A stretch of DNA of 64,000 bases, taken from the NCBI GenBank assembly GCA_937990655.1, contig CALKQX010000034.1, positions 184 to 64,183 on the forward strand, read 5' to 3'. The notes under the pieces were generated by a model. It did not search any database. It was not told the DNA's origin and was given only the letters and a program-made list of their open reading frames with translations. Both the position numbers and the translations under genes were made by a program. The DNA comes from an uncultured Stomatobaculum sp. (GTDB taxonomy: Bacteria > Bacillota > Clostridia > Lachnospirales > Lachnospiraceae). Position 1 is the stretch's first letter. The number at the start of each line of letters is the position of its first letter. This document shows, in pieces, positions 47,256-55,390 of this stretch.

Positions 47256-47392
47256 GGATGACAATCGGGCTGGCAGCCTCCCTCTGGGGCTGACAGCTGC
47301 GATTTCATCGAGCCTCCGGCAGGGAACTCTCGGTAGAGCGCAACCCACCCGGCAAAGGGTGTATAGTTGCGCCTCAATGCTTTCGGGTCTTT

Positions 47393-47704
47393 TCATGTGA
47401 TCTCCTTTTCGGCATCTTCAATCATCTTTTTCAATGCCTCTTTCACTTCTGTCTGCCGGAACGCGACCTTCAGAAGTTCCATGACCTGATCATTGGTCAG
47501 AAGCTCCGGCTGGCCTAAAAAGCTCTCCAGCATTCCAGCTCTGGTACAGAGTCGGTTCGTCCTGGCAGATCGTGTCAGCTGCGGGATCACTTTCTTTCGC
47601 AGGATCTTCTCCTGCTGATCGTAGTAATGCAGCCTCTTCTCCGATTTCTCGATTTCGGCACGAAGCTCTTCAAGGGTTTTCTCTTTTTTCTTTGTCAATG
47701 TCAT
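47393..47704 (-). CDS. DUF3847-like coiled-coil protein (relaxase accessory candidate)
   Basis: Track ORF 47393..47731. Start at MTLTKKKEKTLEEL after GGAGG. ...RTNRLCTRAGMLESFLGQPELLTNDQV... resembles DUF3847. Confidence 0.6.
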   Translation of the reverse strand: MTLTKKKEKTLEELRAEIEKSEKRLHYYDQQEKILRKKVIPQLTRSARTNRLCTRAGMLESFLGQPELLTNDQVMELLKVAFRQTEVKEALKKMIEDAEKEIT

Positions 47705-47787
47705 CACCTCCGTTTGAAAAATTGGCAACAAGAAAGGCCATCAACTTTTTACGGTCGAGAGCCTTTAGTGCGCTCAAAAATATATGA

Positions 47788-49536
47788 TCAGTCAGCTGTC
47801 CATCTGGACTCGAAACGTTCTTTGCTCATTGCCAGTTTATCCTGCAATACTTGCACCTGTTCTTTCCCCTGAGGATACATTCTCATGGCTGTAAAGCTTG
47901 TCTTTGTTGCTGTTCTAATGTCCTTCAAAGAACCCTTTGCTTTAATCCAGTTTTGCGGACTGAAAATTCGTCCTGCTTCAGCTGCTTCAGCTGAAGCGCT
48001 TTCAAATGCCGCGTTTAAGCAGTTTCCTGCCATGTCAATTACTGTATCAAGCAATTCACCGGATACCAAAAGATCGTGTACAACAGCCGGATCCGGAACC
48101 GATTCCGGCATTTTATTCAGCTCACAGAAGATAACTGATATTGCATAAAGATGATGATAAGGCGCGTATGCCTTCATCGCTAACAACGCATCATTCAATC
48201 CCATCGGATTATCCTTGTTCCATTTTTTCTCCAACTCCAGATATAAATCATGAAGCGCCTGAACCTTTCGTGGATCATAATCCTTATGGAACAGTTGGTC
48301 AAAATACTTATCAAATATCTTTGTTTCGCTGGAGGAGATAGTTGGCCTTTGTGAATGCCAAGCAATGAGTTGCTTCCCCAAATCAGTAAGATTAACGATG
48401 TGGTTCGTGTTGTACTTAACGGTATCAGGCCGTTCACCGCGTTTGGTGATAAAGTAGCCATCCGAGTAATACTGCTCATAGGCTTTTTTCATCGCGAGTA
48501 CAGACTTATCATTACTTCGCAAATCACGCGCTTTGACTGCACTTTGTGAGTTGGTCGAAGTACTGATTTTGTCAGCACGTTCAGGATCACTTATCTCATA
48601 AAAGCGGAACATGATATAAGCATCCTTAGCATTTCTCACAGATTCGCTGCAGCTGAATATCGTGCTGAGAGACTGGCATCCATTGACAACATTCAACTCC
48701 TTGATGCTAAGAACATTATCGTGCATCGTAATGCTGGAGCAAATCGCCGTGATACCATTGTGCAGGAAGAAAAAATCCTCGGCGTCATTTTTGATTGTGC
48801 GAGCAATTCCCCTATTTACCTTATTTCCAGCTCCTAATGACTGGCGAACATTTTTCCTAAACAGGCTCCCATCTTTAATGCCTGGAATCCGGATACACTC
48901 TTTGAGAGGAATTGCGGCGATGACTGCCTTTGTCCCACCAACCTTCAGCTCCATATACTTTTCAGGATCAATTGTAAATTCATGATTGATATATGGCCTA
49001 TTCTTATTCAGGGCTTCATCATACTTGAACTTCAGCGTCTCATTGTCCACAAGAACAAGATTAGCGCTCAAAGTTTCACTTTCTGCAAGTTCCTTCTGGA
49101 ATGTTTCCAGATCTGTCTTTGCCGCCTCTGTAAGGCCCGCCGTTGTTATCAGCTCAAAACATATTTCATAATCATCATCCAGAGCAGTCGCCAACTCATT
49201 GATTTTAACCTTAAGCTTTTCATTTGCAGCATCCTGAAGTCGTGCCAGATCCTTGATCTGTATCCAAGAAGATAAAACTTCACGCAGAGGCTCAGCGTCG
49301 ACTACATCTCCGCTGTAAAACTTCCCTTGAATGATATAAACAACCGACGCTTGATTGTCGATATAAATCGCGTCAATCTGTTTATCCCCAGCCCCATCTG
49401 TTATGCAATCCTTCGCTTCAAAGGTATCCAGGTTATGAATGTTTCTTAAATACCAAGCGACAAATCTTTGACCATCATTCGGGTACTGCGTCTGATAGTA
49501 TTCGGTTGTTATTTCTGTCATTATTTTACTGTACAT
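47788..49536 (-). CDS. AIPR-family (abortive infection phage resistance) protein
   Basis: 582 aa. N-terminal nuclease-like motif DGAGDKQIDAIYIDNQASVVYIIQGKF and an AIPR-type C-terminal body (NGCQS..). It is the last gene of the operon. Confidence 0.8.
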   Translation of the reverse strand: MYSKIMTEITTEYYQTQYPNDGQRFVAWYLRNIHNLDTFEAKDCITDGAGDKQIDAIYIDNQASVVYIIQGKFYSGDVVDAEPLREVLSSWIQIKDLARLQDAANEKLKVKINELATALDDDYEICFELITTAGLTEAAKTDLETFQKELAESETLSANLVLVDNETLKFKYDEALNKNRPYINHEFTIDPEKYMELKVGGTKAVIAAIPLKECIRIPGIKDGSLFRKNVRQSLGAGNKVNRGIARTIKNDAEDFFFLHNGITAICSSITMHDNVLSIKELNVVNGCQSLSTIFSCSESVRNAKDAYIMFRFYEISDPERADKISTSTNSQSAVKARDLRSNDKSVLAMKKAYEQYYSDGYFITKRGERPDTVKYNTNHIVNLTDLGKQLIAWHSQRPTISSSETKIFDKYFDQLFHKDYDPRKVQALHDLYLELEKKWNKDNPMGLNDALLAMKAYAPYHHLYAISVIFCELNKMPESVPDPAVVHDLLVSGELLDTVIDMAGNCLNAAFESASAEAAEAGRIFSPQNWIKAKGSLKDIRTATKTSFTAMRMYPQGKEQVQVLQDKLAMSKERFESRWTAD

Positions 49537-49596
49537 GTTGCGTTTGTTCCTTTCGATATTTGCAGATCAGATGGTGTGGCTATCACCTATCATCCT

Positions 49597-52533
49597 TTAT
49601 TCATCAAATGTCAGGAATCCATCCTGGAAAGCGCCAGGGAATGCAAATTTCTTCTGCACATTATCGGCGAACTCCACTGTGATAATACGCCCATCGTACT
49701 TGATAACTTTGCCATTGCCGAACGCCTTGTGCTTCACTCCGACACCAATAACCATCTTTTTGACATCGACGGCAGCTTTGGGCTTAGGCTGCATCCCTCC
49801 ATACGGAGAGAACGGTGCCACTGTCTTTGGCTTCACCTGTCCACCATATGGGGCGGGGCTCTCGCGCACCACAGACGGTCTTGGCTCCGGCCGCTTAACC
49901 GGAGTCACAGGCTTCATAGGTACTTCGTCTTCTTCGTCATCTTCATCATCCATCTGAACCGCCGCTGTAAAGTCCGGCAGATCATTCGGATCCTGTTTGG
50001 CGGCAACCATGGAAGATGCCAGCTGACCAGCCATCATGTCATAGTCTTCACGACTCAGGACGGTGCTGAACAGACCGACTGCCTCACCAGCATGCTTATT
50101 GACTCCAGCGTAAGAAAGTGATGCATCCTCATATCTCTTGAACTTATAAACCGCATCATTCATAAGGGCTTCGTTAAATACGTTCAGGGATACAAGCAGC
50201 TCAAAATCCTCCAGATTCAGACCCGTAACTTTTTTGAATAGTCCCGGTTCAAGCTTGGTAATAACATCTTGCAGACTGTATTCACGATAGTCTGTCAGAT
50301 ACATGAACACCGGAATACGAGTGGCGAATTTAATAAGTTTTTCCTGAATCTGCTTGCGCTTGGATTTGTATTCTTTTTCCTCGTCAGAAAGCTCTTTCTT
50401 TTCTTTTGGGGTGAGCTTATCAGCCTCCTTCTTCGCCTTCTTAACATGTTCTGACTTGTTGATGATTGTCTCTATATCCTGATTAAGTGAACGGAAGCCC
50501 TCAATACGCATCAGCGCATCCATTGCCGCCTGATTTGCCATGAGTCTCGCCAAAGTTTCGTTATCTACATTAACCAGCAATGCAGACTCCCAGCGCTTGG
50601 CAAGCAGCGTCGCAGACGTACCTGCCATCGCGATATCAAGAATCTCGCCAGCGTCCACCTGACGCATGGAGGACCCGTCATAAGCAAGAACCGGCAGGAA
50701 CGAGATGAACTCACCGACCTTCTTCTCAGGGTTCGATTCCTGTACATTCAAACGGCAACTGTAGTCGGAAATCTGCTTCAGGGCACGGTCAAGAGCGAAG
50801 TCGAACAGATAGCACTCCTTCTTGACAATCTCTTTCTTCCCGCTGTCCGTTGTAATCTCCCACGGAGACTGTACACGGAATGCCGCCTGGAAATACGTCT
50901 CAGGGGACTTCAGGTTGCGCAGCATGAAGATGCCTGTCCACGGCTTAATCGTGACGCCGGTCGTCAACTTGCCGCAGGACAGCGTGATGGTCTTGGTCTC
51001 CAAAGGATTACCCATCGACCGCTGTACAGGCTCCAGAGCAGCAAGGCCAATGCCTGCTTTCGTTCCGGCGCACACGTTGACCTTGTAATCATGGTAGAAA
51101 GCGTTCTGCTTCTGAGCAAGCAGGTTCGCCATCGCATAGCAGGACGCTACGTTCGGAAGGAACCACAGCGTATGACTCAGCACGTTCAGCAGACGGGTGT
51201 CCGAGTACGGCATCGGCGGCTTCTCGGCCCCGAGTTTCAGTTCGTCCACCGACGTTTCCAGATAGGAACCGCGAATCAGGTCAAGCCATTTCTGCACGTA
51301 GTCTTCGTATACGAACCGGGCGTTCTTCTCCTTGCCGGTGGCAGAGAAGAACACGTTCAAATCGAACTCGTCAAACTCGCCCTGTTTTGCGATCCGCTGG
51401 ATAGAATCGGGAATCTTATACGTCAGCATAACCATACGAGGCAGCGCCTCATACGGATTGTCAGCACCCTTCCATGCAGCCTTCGCACGCTGTTCATCGC
51501 TGTACGTCCAGTTGTAAATCTGGTCCTCGATGAACTCGCCGCTGTTCAGTGCTCTGAACGGAGTACCGGAGAGAAAGAGATAGTGGCTGGTCGTTATCGG
51601 CAACCACGTTTCATCGTAGGCGTTGCCGCGATTGTAGTTGCTGAGGTCCTCATCGACATCTTCTTCGTCCGACTCGAAGAGGTTCTTCGCGTTCTCCTTC
51701 CATGCGCCAAAATGGTACTCGTCGAACACAACGAGGTCCCAGTTGGTCGTATGCACCCATTCGTTCTTGGACTTGATGCCGCCGGTGTTCCTATCGACAC
51801 CGAGGAAGTCCTGGAAGGAACCGAAGCAGACGATAGGTCGCTTCTTGTCGGCCATCTTATACTGCGTGTCTGTATTCGGTTCGCTGGGATTCGACGGGCG
51901 GGAGATGAACTGCCAGCCGTCAAAATCAACGTGCTGCGACAGATCATCATACCATGCAGATTCTACAGCAGGCTTGAAGGTTAGAATCAGCACACGGGAA
52001 AATCCCATCTTCTTCGCCAACTGGTAAGTAGCAAAGGTCTTGCCAAAACGCATCTTCGCGTTCCAGAGGAACTTCGGGATACGTCCGGTCCCTTCGGCCT
52101 CCATGTTCTTGTAGTAGGCGATGGTCTTATCTACAGCCTGTGCCTGCTCCGGGCGCATTCTAAAGGTCTGCGTCCTGTTCTCGGCGTTCAGGGTCCCGGT
52201 CTTCATGGCGATGATAGCCGCCTGCACGTCCTTGACCGTACACTTGAACCACTCGCCGCCGACAGCCTTGATGCCTTTCTTCCGAAGGATGGCGTGGACA
52301 TCATGGTCCATGAAGACGCTGCCGTCAGGGAACATGGCAGGCTCACGAAGGACAATCTTGTACGGAACGGAACCGTCCGGGCGCTTTGTAGGATACTGCT
52401 GCGCCACACGCTGGTCTACGTCCACCGCCGTGTATCCGACCTTCAGGCAGCCGGGATACTGGTCGTCGGTGTAGGCGTAAATCATCGGACGTGACTCAGT
52501 CCATTCCGGGAAGAAATCTTCTATACGAGGCAT
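49597..52533 (-). CDS. T5orf172/GIY-YIG-superfamily domain fused to a ResIII-type SF2 helicase, with a C-terminal Tudor-like domain (restriction-subunit candidate)
   Basis: N-terminus IYAYT..LKVGYT..R..EWF. Helicase motifs RFGKTF (I), DEYH (II), SGTPF (III) and QAAFR (VI). Acidic/Pro-rich linker, then a C-terminal VKHKAFGNGKVIKYDGRIITVEF. The ATG directly follows the MTase TAA. Confidence 0.8.
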   Translation of the reverse strand: MPRIEDFFPEWTESRPMIYAYTDDQYPGCLKVGYTAVDVDQRVAQQYPTKRPDGSVPYKIVLREPAMFPDGSVFMDHDVHAILRKKGIKAVGGEWFKCTVKDVQAAIIAMKTGTLNAENRTQTFRMRPEQAQAVDKTIAYYKNMEAEGTGRIPKFLWNAKMRFGKTFATYQLAKKMGFSRVLILTFKPAVESAWYDDLSQHVDFDGWQFISRPSNPSEPNTDTQYKMADKKRPIVCFGSFQDFLGVDRNTGGIKSKNEWVHTTNWDLVVFDEYHFGAWKENAKNLFESDEEDVDEDLSNYNRGNAYDETWLPITTSHYLFLSGTPFRALNSGEFIEDQIYNWTYSDEQRAKAAWKGADNPYEALPRMVMLTYKIPDSIQRIAKQGEFDEFDLNVFFSATGKEKNARFVYEDYVQKWLDLIRGSYLETSVDELKLGAEKPPMPYSDTRLLNVLSHTLWFLPNVASCYAMANLLAQKQNAFYHDYKVNVCAGTKAGIGLAALEPVQRSMGNPLETKTITLSCGKLTTGVTIKPWTGIFMLRNLKSPETYFQAAFRVQSPWEITTDSGKKEIVKKECYLFDFALDRALKQISDYSCRLNVQESNPEKKVGEFISFLPVLAYDGSSMRQVDAGEILDIAMAGTSATLLAKRWESALLVNVDNETLARLMANQAAMDALMRIEGFRSLNQDIETIINKSEHVKKAKKEADKLTPKEKKELSDEEKEYKSKRKQIQEKLIKFATRIPVFMYLTDYREYSLQDVITKLEPGLFKKVTGLNLEDFELLVSLNVFNEALMNDAVYKFKRYEDASLSYAGVNKHAGEAVGLFSTVLSREDYDMMAGQLASSMVAAKQDPNDLPDFTAAVQMDDEDDEEDEVPMKPVTPVKRPEPRPSVVRESPAPYGGQVKPKTVAPFSPYGGMQPKPKAAVDVKKMVIGVGVKHKAFGNGKVIKYDGRIITVEFADNVQKKFAFPGAFQDGFLTFDE

Positions 52534-54078
52534 TTACTTGTCACCTCCCTCCAGGTCCATGGGGCGAATCATTGATTCGATAAAGGCAACCTCATCGTCG
52601 TTAAGGCCATATTTTGCATACAGTTCATCATCAGTCCAAGGCTTGGAAAAATCCTGCAACGGCACAAATGAAAACGTTGTTCTACTAATATGTATCGACG
52701 TCAAAGCCTGAAGGACCAGAAACCGGACAAATGATGTCCACAAGTAACTAAGCATGTTTTGGGCTTGCATTCTGTTTTCAACTGGGCCTGCACATAAATA
52801 GGAATGCGTACACACTTCTTTGGGGCCGAGGACCTGCATTGAAGAAGTCAAAACGCGATATTTACCATCTTTTCCCGGTTCTCCTGCATGTTCAGCGCTT
52901 GTTTGACTTATCAACACTTTATGAGCATCAAAATAAGGATTCTGGATAAAACCCCTATCCATGGGAATATAGCTCTCTCCAGCACTAGAAATCATCCTAA
53001 TACTATTTGTAGCTGTTCTCACAGTATTACCTCGAACCTTTGTGCTCAACGCAAAGGGACTTATTGCACTTAATATGTCAGAGAAAAACTTGGTATCAGT
53101 ATTTTGAATCTTATGAATAATATCGATTGCTTTATTGTATCTTACAAGCACTTCGTATTCATCTAAGAACCTCTTTTCAGTGTCCTGTTCAGCCCCGGTT
53201 ACACTTGTAAACTCACAATCTCCTTCATGATCTCTATCCCAAAAAAAATAGCACACCCCTCCGCTGATACTATTTTGAGGAAAACAATCCTTCGCATTAG
53301 GAAAATCCACCATTTTCCGGATATGTTTATCTGATAGCATTCCTTTCCTGAAACTATCTAAACCCATACCACCAGCAAACCATCTAGACGGCACTATCAT
53401 AGTTAAATAGCGTGGTTTAAGTTTTTTTGCCTGTTCAACAAAAAGATGATAAATGGGTTTTGCCTGCTTTGCTGAATTTTCTTGACCACCACCAGTGCTT
53501 AACTGATACGGCGGATTGCCGATAATCACATCAAATTTCATATTGAATATGTCCTCCAGTTTTCCGGTATGAATGAATTCATATGCGTAGGTCTCCAGTT
53601 CATTTTCTCGATTGTATTCTTTCTCTGAAGCACCACACCACGCACATTTTCCATTTCGCCATACATGCTGGGTGTTCTTGAACCGGATGTTTCCCTGCAC
53701 ATCATCGAACAGAGAAACCGAATACTTACTGTTCGGATACTTGGAGCAATATATACTGCGTCTTGCAAGAAGGCTTGTCATCTCCGTGATTGCGATGCCG
53801 AACACCTGCTTATGCATGATATGGTCAAGGCGAGTCTGCAGGTCCGGAATCCGACCTTCCAGTCCGACCAACAGACGCTTCACAATCTCACGGAGGAATA
53901 TACCTGACTTCGTGCCGGGGTCCAGAAACGTCGTATCGGGACTCTCAAAGAGTTCCTGCGGCAGCATGTCCAGCATGGCGTTCGCCACTTCCGGCGGCGT
54001 AAAGACCTCATCGCTGGAGAGGTTCGCAAGACACGACAGTACGTCGGGGTTATATGCCGCGTAGTATAAATCACTCAT
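52534..54078 (-). CDS. Eco57I-family (gamma-class) N6-adenine DNA methyltransferase
   Basis: FTPPEVANAML (motif X), FLDPGTKSGIFL (motif I variant), FDVIIGNPPYQ (motif IV), a CAWC insert, and a C-terminal putative target-recognition part. Confidence 0.85.
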   Translation of the reverse strand: MSDLYYAAYNPDVLSCLANLSSDEVFTPPEVANAMLDMLPQELFESPDTTFLDPGTKSGIFLREIVKRLLVGLEGRIPDLQTRLDHIMHKQVFGIAITEMTSLLARRSIYCSKYPNSKYSVSLFDDVQGNIRFKNTQHVWRNGKCAWCGASEKEYNRENELETYAYEFIHTGKLEDIFNMKFDVIIGNPPYQLSTGGGQENSAKQAKPIYHLFVEQAKKLKPRYLTMIVPSRWFAGGMGLDSFRKGMLSDKHIRKMVDFPNAKDCFPQNSISGGVCYFFWDRDHEGDCEFTSVTGAEQDTEKRFLDEYEVLVRYNKAIDIIHKIQNTDTKFFSDILSAISPFALSTKVRGNTVRTATNSIRMISSAGESYIPMDRGFIQNPYFDAHKVLISQTSAEHAGEPGKDGKYRVLTSSMQVLGPKEVCTHSYLCAGPVENRMQAQNMLSYLWTSFVRFLVLQALTSIHISRTTFSFVPLQDFSKPWTDDELYAKYGLNDDEVAFIESMIRPMDLEGGDK

Positions 54079-54727
54079 AGTCGTTCAGCCTCCTATAGTC
54101 TGTAGGCGGGTATTCCTGTACGGGGCTTGGAATGAATGCCTGTATCTCTTCGTCATACTCCCAGCCGATCATAAAGATCGTCATCTGTTGTTCGTGACCG
54201 TCCAACAGTTCATTCAGCCTGTAGTCACGGCGCTTGATGCTGTCGCCTGTCACAAGGCTCCACTCCGCGAAGGTGATGGGAGCACCGTCGTTCTGAAGCA
54301 TGGTCAGCGCATCCCCGCAGAGGATGTTCTTCTTCAGAATGAACCGCGCCACCTCACGGCACTGGTCGTTTGCCTGCTCCTTCGCATACTGCGTATACTC
54401 GGCGTTCCAGATATCAAAAAGGTTCTGGCGGCAAATCTCCGCATTGTCCTCCATGATATCCACGCCGTAAATGCTGGTCAGCGCCAGTATCGCGTAACGC
54501 TCGTAGTCATACGGGCTTTTCTTATATCTGTTTTTCACCACTTCAAGTTTGCGCCGAAGGATTTCTTTCAGGAAAGCCCCCTCACCGCAGGCAGGTTCCA
54601 GAAAACGGCTGTCTATGCGCTCTGTCTCCGGCTTCACCAAATCCAGCATCGCATTGACTTCGCGCTCGTTCGTGAAAACCTCACCGTGTTCGGCGACACG
54701 CTCTTTGGATTTCACCTGTGCAGCCAT
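54071..54727 (-). CDS. SAM-MTase-like protein lacking catalytic motif IV
   Basis: GEVFTNEREVNAMLDLV (X), FLEPACGEGAFL (I), IYGVDI and NILCGDAL are present, but there is no (D/N)PP(Y/F). 8-nt overlap with the MTase start. Confidence 0.65.
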   Translation of the reverse strand: MAAQVKSKERVAEHGEVFTNEREVNAMLDLVKPETERIDSRFLEPACGEGAFLKEILRRKLEVVKNRYKKSPYDYERYAILALTSIYGVDIMEDNAEICRQNLFDIWNAEYTQYAKEQANDQCREVARFILKKNILCGDALTMLQNDGAPITFAEWSLVTGDSIKRRDYRLNELLDGHEQQMTIFMIGWEYDEEIQAFIPSPVQEYPPTDYRRLNDYE

Positions 54728-54728
54728 G

Positions 54729-54920
54729 TCATACCTCTTTTTCCAGTTCTTTCAGTTTTCTCTGTTTTTCCTCATAGTCATCCAGATAAAGAATCAATGC
54801 TCTCTCTACCGCAACGGTCTTGGACTGGCCTGCATCTTCGCAGAAGCCCTCCAGTCTTTCATAAATCGGTGTCTCTATACAAACATTGAGATAGGTGCCG
54901 TTTTTCTTAGGTCTGGCCAT
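54729..54920 (-). CDS. Ribbon-helix-helix (CopG-like) regulator
   Basis: Track ORF 54729..54941. AGGAGG lies 7 nt before ATG 54920. TYLNVCIETPIYERLEGFCEDAGQSKTVAVERALILYL shows a beta-alpha-alpha pattern. Confidence 0.7.
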   Translation of the reverse strand: MARPKKNGTYLNVCIETPIYERLEGFCEDAGQSKTVAVERALILYLDDYEEKQRKLKELEKEV

Positions 54921-54935
54921 CGCAAATCCTCCTGT

Positions 54936-54989
54936 CATCAATGAACATTACATCAATGATGCTATACCACAATTCACTACTATTTTCAA
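54936..54989 (-). promoter_or_regulatory. Operon promoter plus tandem candidate RHH operators
   Basis: On the minus strand: TTGAAA (54984-54989), 17 nt, TATAGC (54961-54966). Two copies of CATCAATGA (plus strand, 54936-54944 and 54951-54959, 15-nt period) lie between the -10 box and the RBS. Confidence 0.45.
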
Positions 54990-55291
54990 TTCTTTACCAC
55001 GGTTTTATCTGAATTGATTCCGTGCTTTTTAGCATACTCGCTGGCCGCCTTGCGTCTGGCCTCGCTGTACGGTGCAATCAGACGGATGGAGACGCGGGAT
55101 TTCTGGATCACATAGCTCACACTGCCCAAGGCTTTGTTCTCTTCCTTCAGCTTACAGAGATCCGGGTGCTGAACCGCGAATTTCTTCAGCCAGTTCTTCA
55201 GGTCAGTATTGAACGTGTAGATATCCCAGAAGTCATCGTCTTCGTTTGTCAGAAGGATCGTTTCCCTCTCATATTTCCTAAGTCTGCTCAT
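54986..55291 (-). CDS. Hypothetical protein (mobile-element associated)
   Basis: Track ORF 54986..55363. Start moved to MSRLRKYERE after GAAGGGAGAA. No family recognised. Confidence 0.45.
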   Translation of the reverse strand: MSRLRKYERETILLTNEDDDFWDIYTFNTDLKNWLKKFAVQHPDLCKLKEENKALGSVSYVIQKSRVSIRLIAPYSEARRKAASEYAKKHGINSDKTVVKN

Positions 55292-55390
55292 AGCTTCAAT
55301 TCTCCCTTCAAAATCACAAGTGTAGAGCCGCCATTCTGCGCATGAATGACGGCTCCCGGACATTTACTCACACCTGACTGTGCTTGGGCA

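Noticed and set aside
47037-47396. ORFs 47037..47396 (119 aa), 47075..47377 (100 aa) and 47024..47293 (89 aa) in the relaxase-DUF3847 gap.
   Set aside because: They are mutually overlapping and Arg/Cys/Pro-rich with no RBS. The region is better interpreted as non-coding oriT DNA containing the perfect hairpin.
51091-51984. 297-aa plus-strand ORF inside the T5orf172-helicase gene. Also 49468..50121 and 49535..49957, which span the helicase/AIPR junction.
   Set aside because: They are antisense to an ORF with a full set of ordered helicase motifs, and they have no RBS or motifs of their own.
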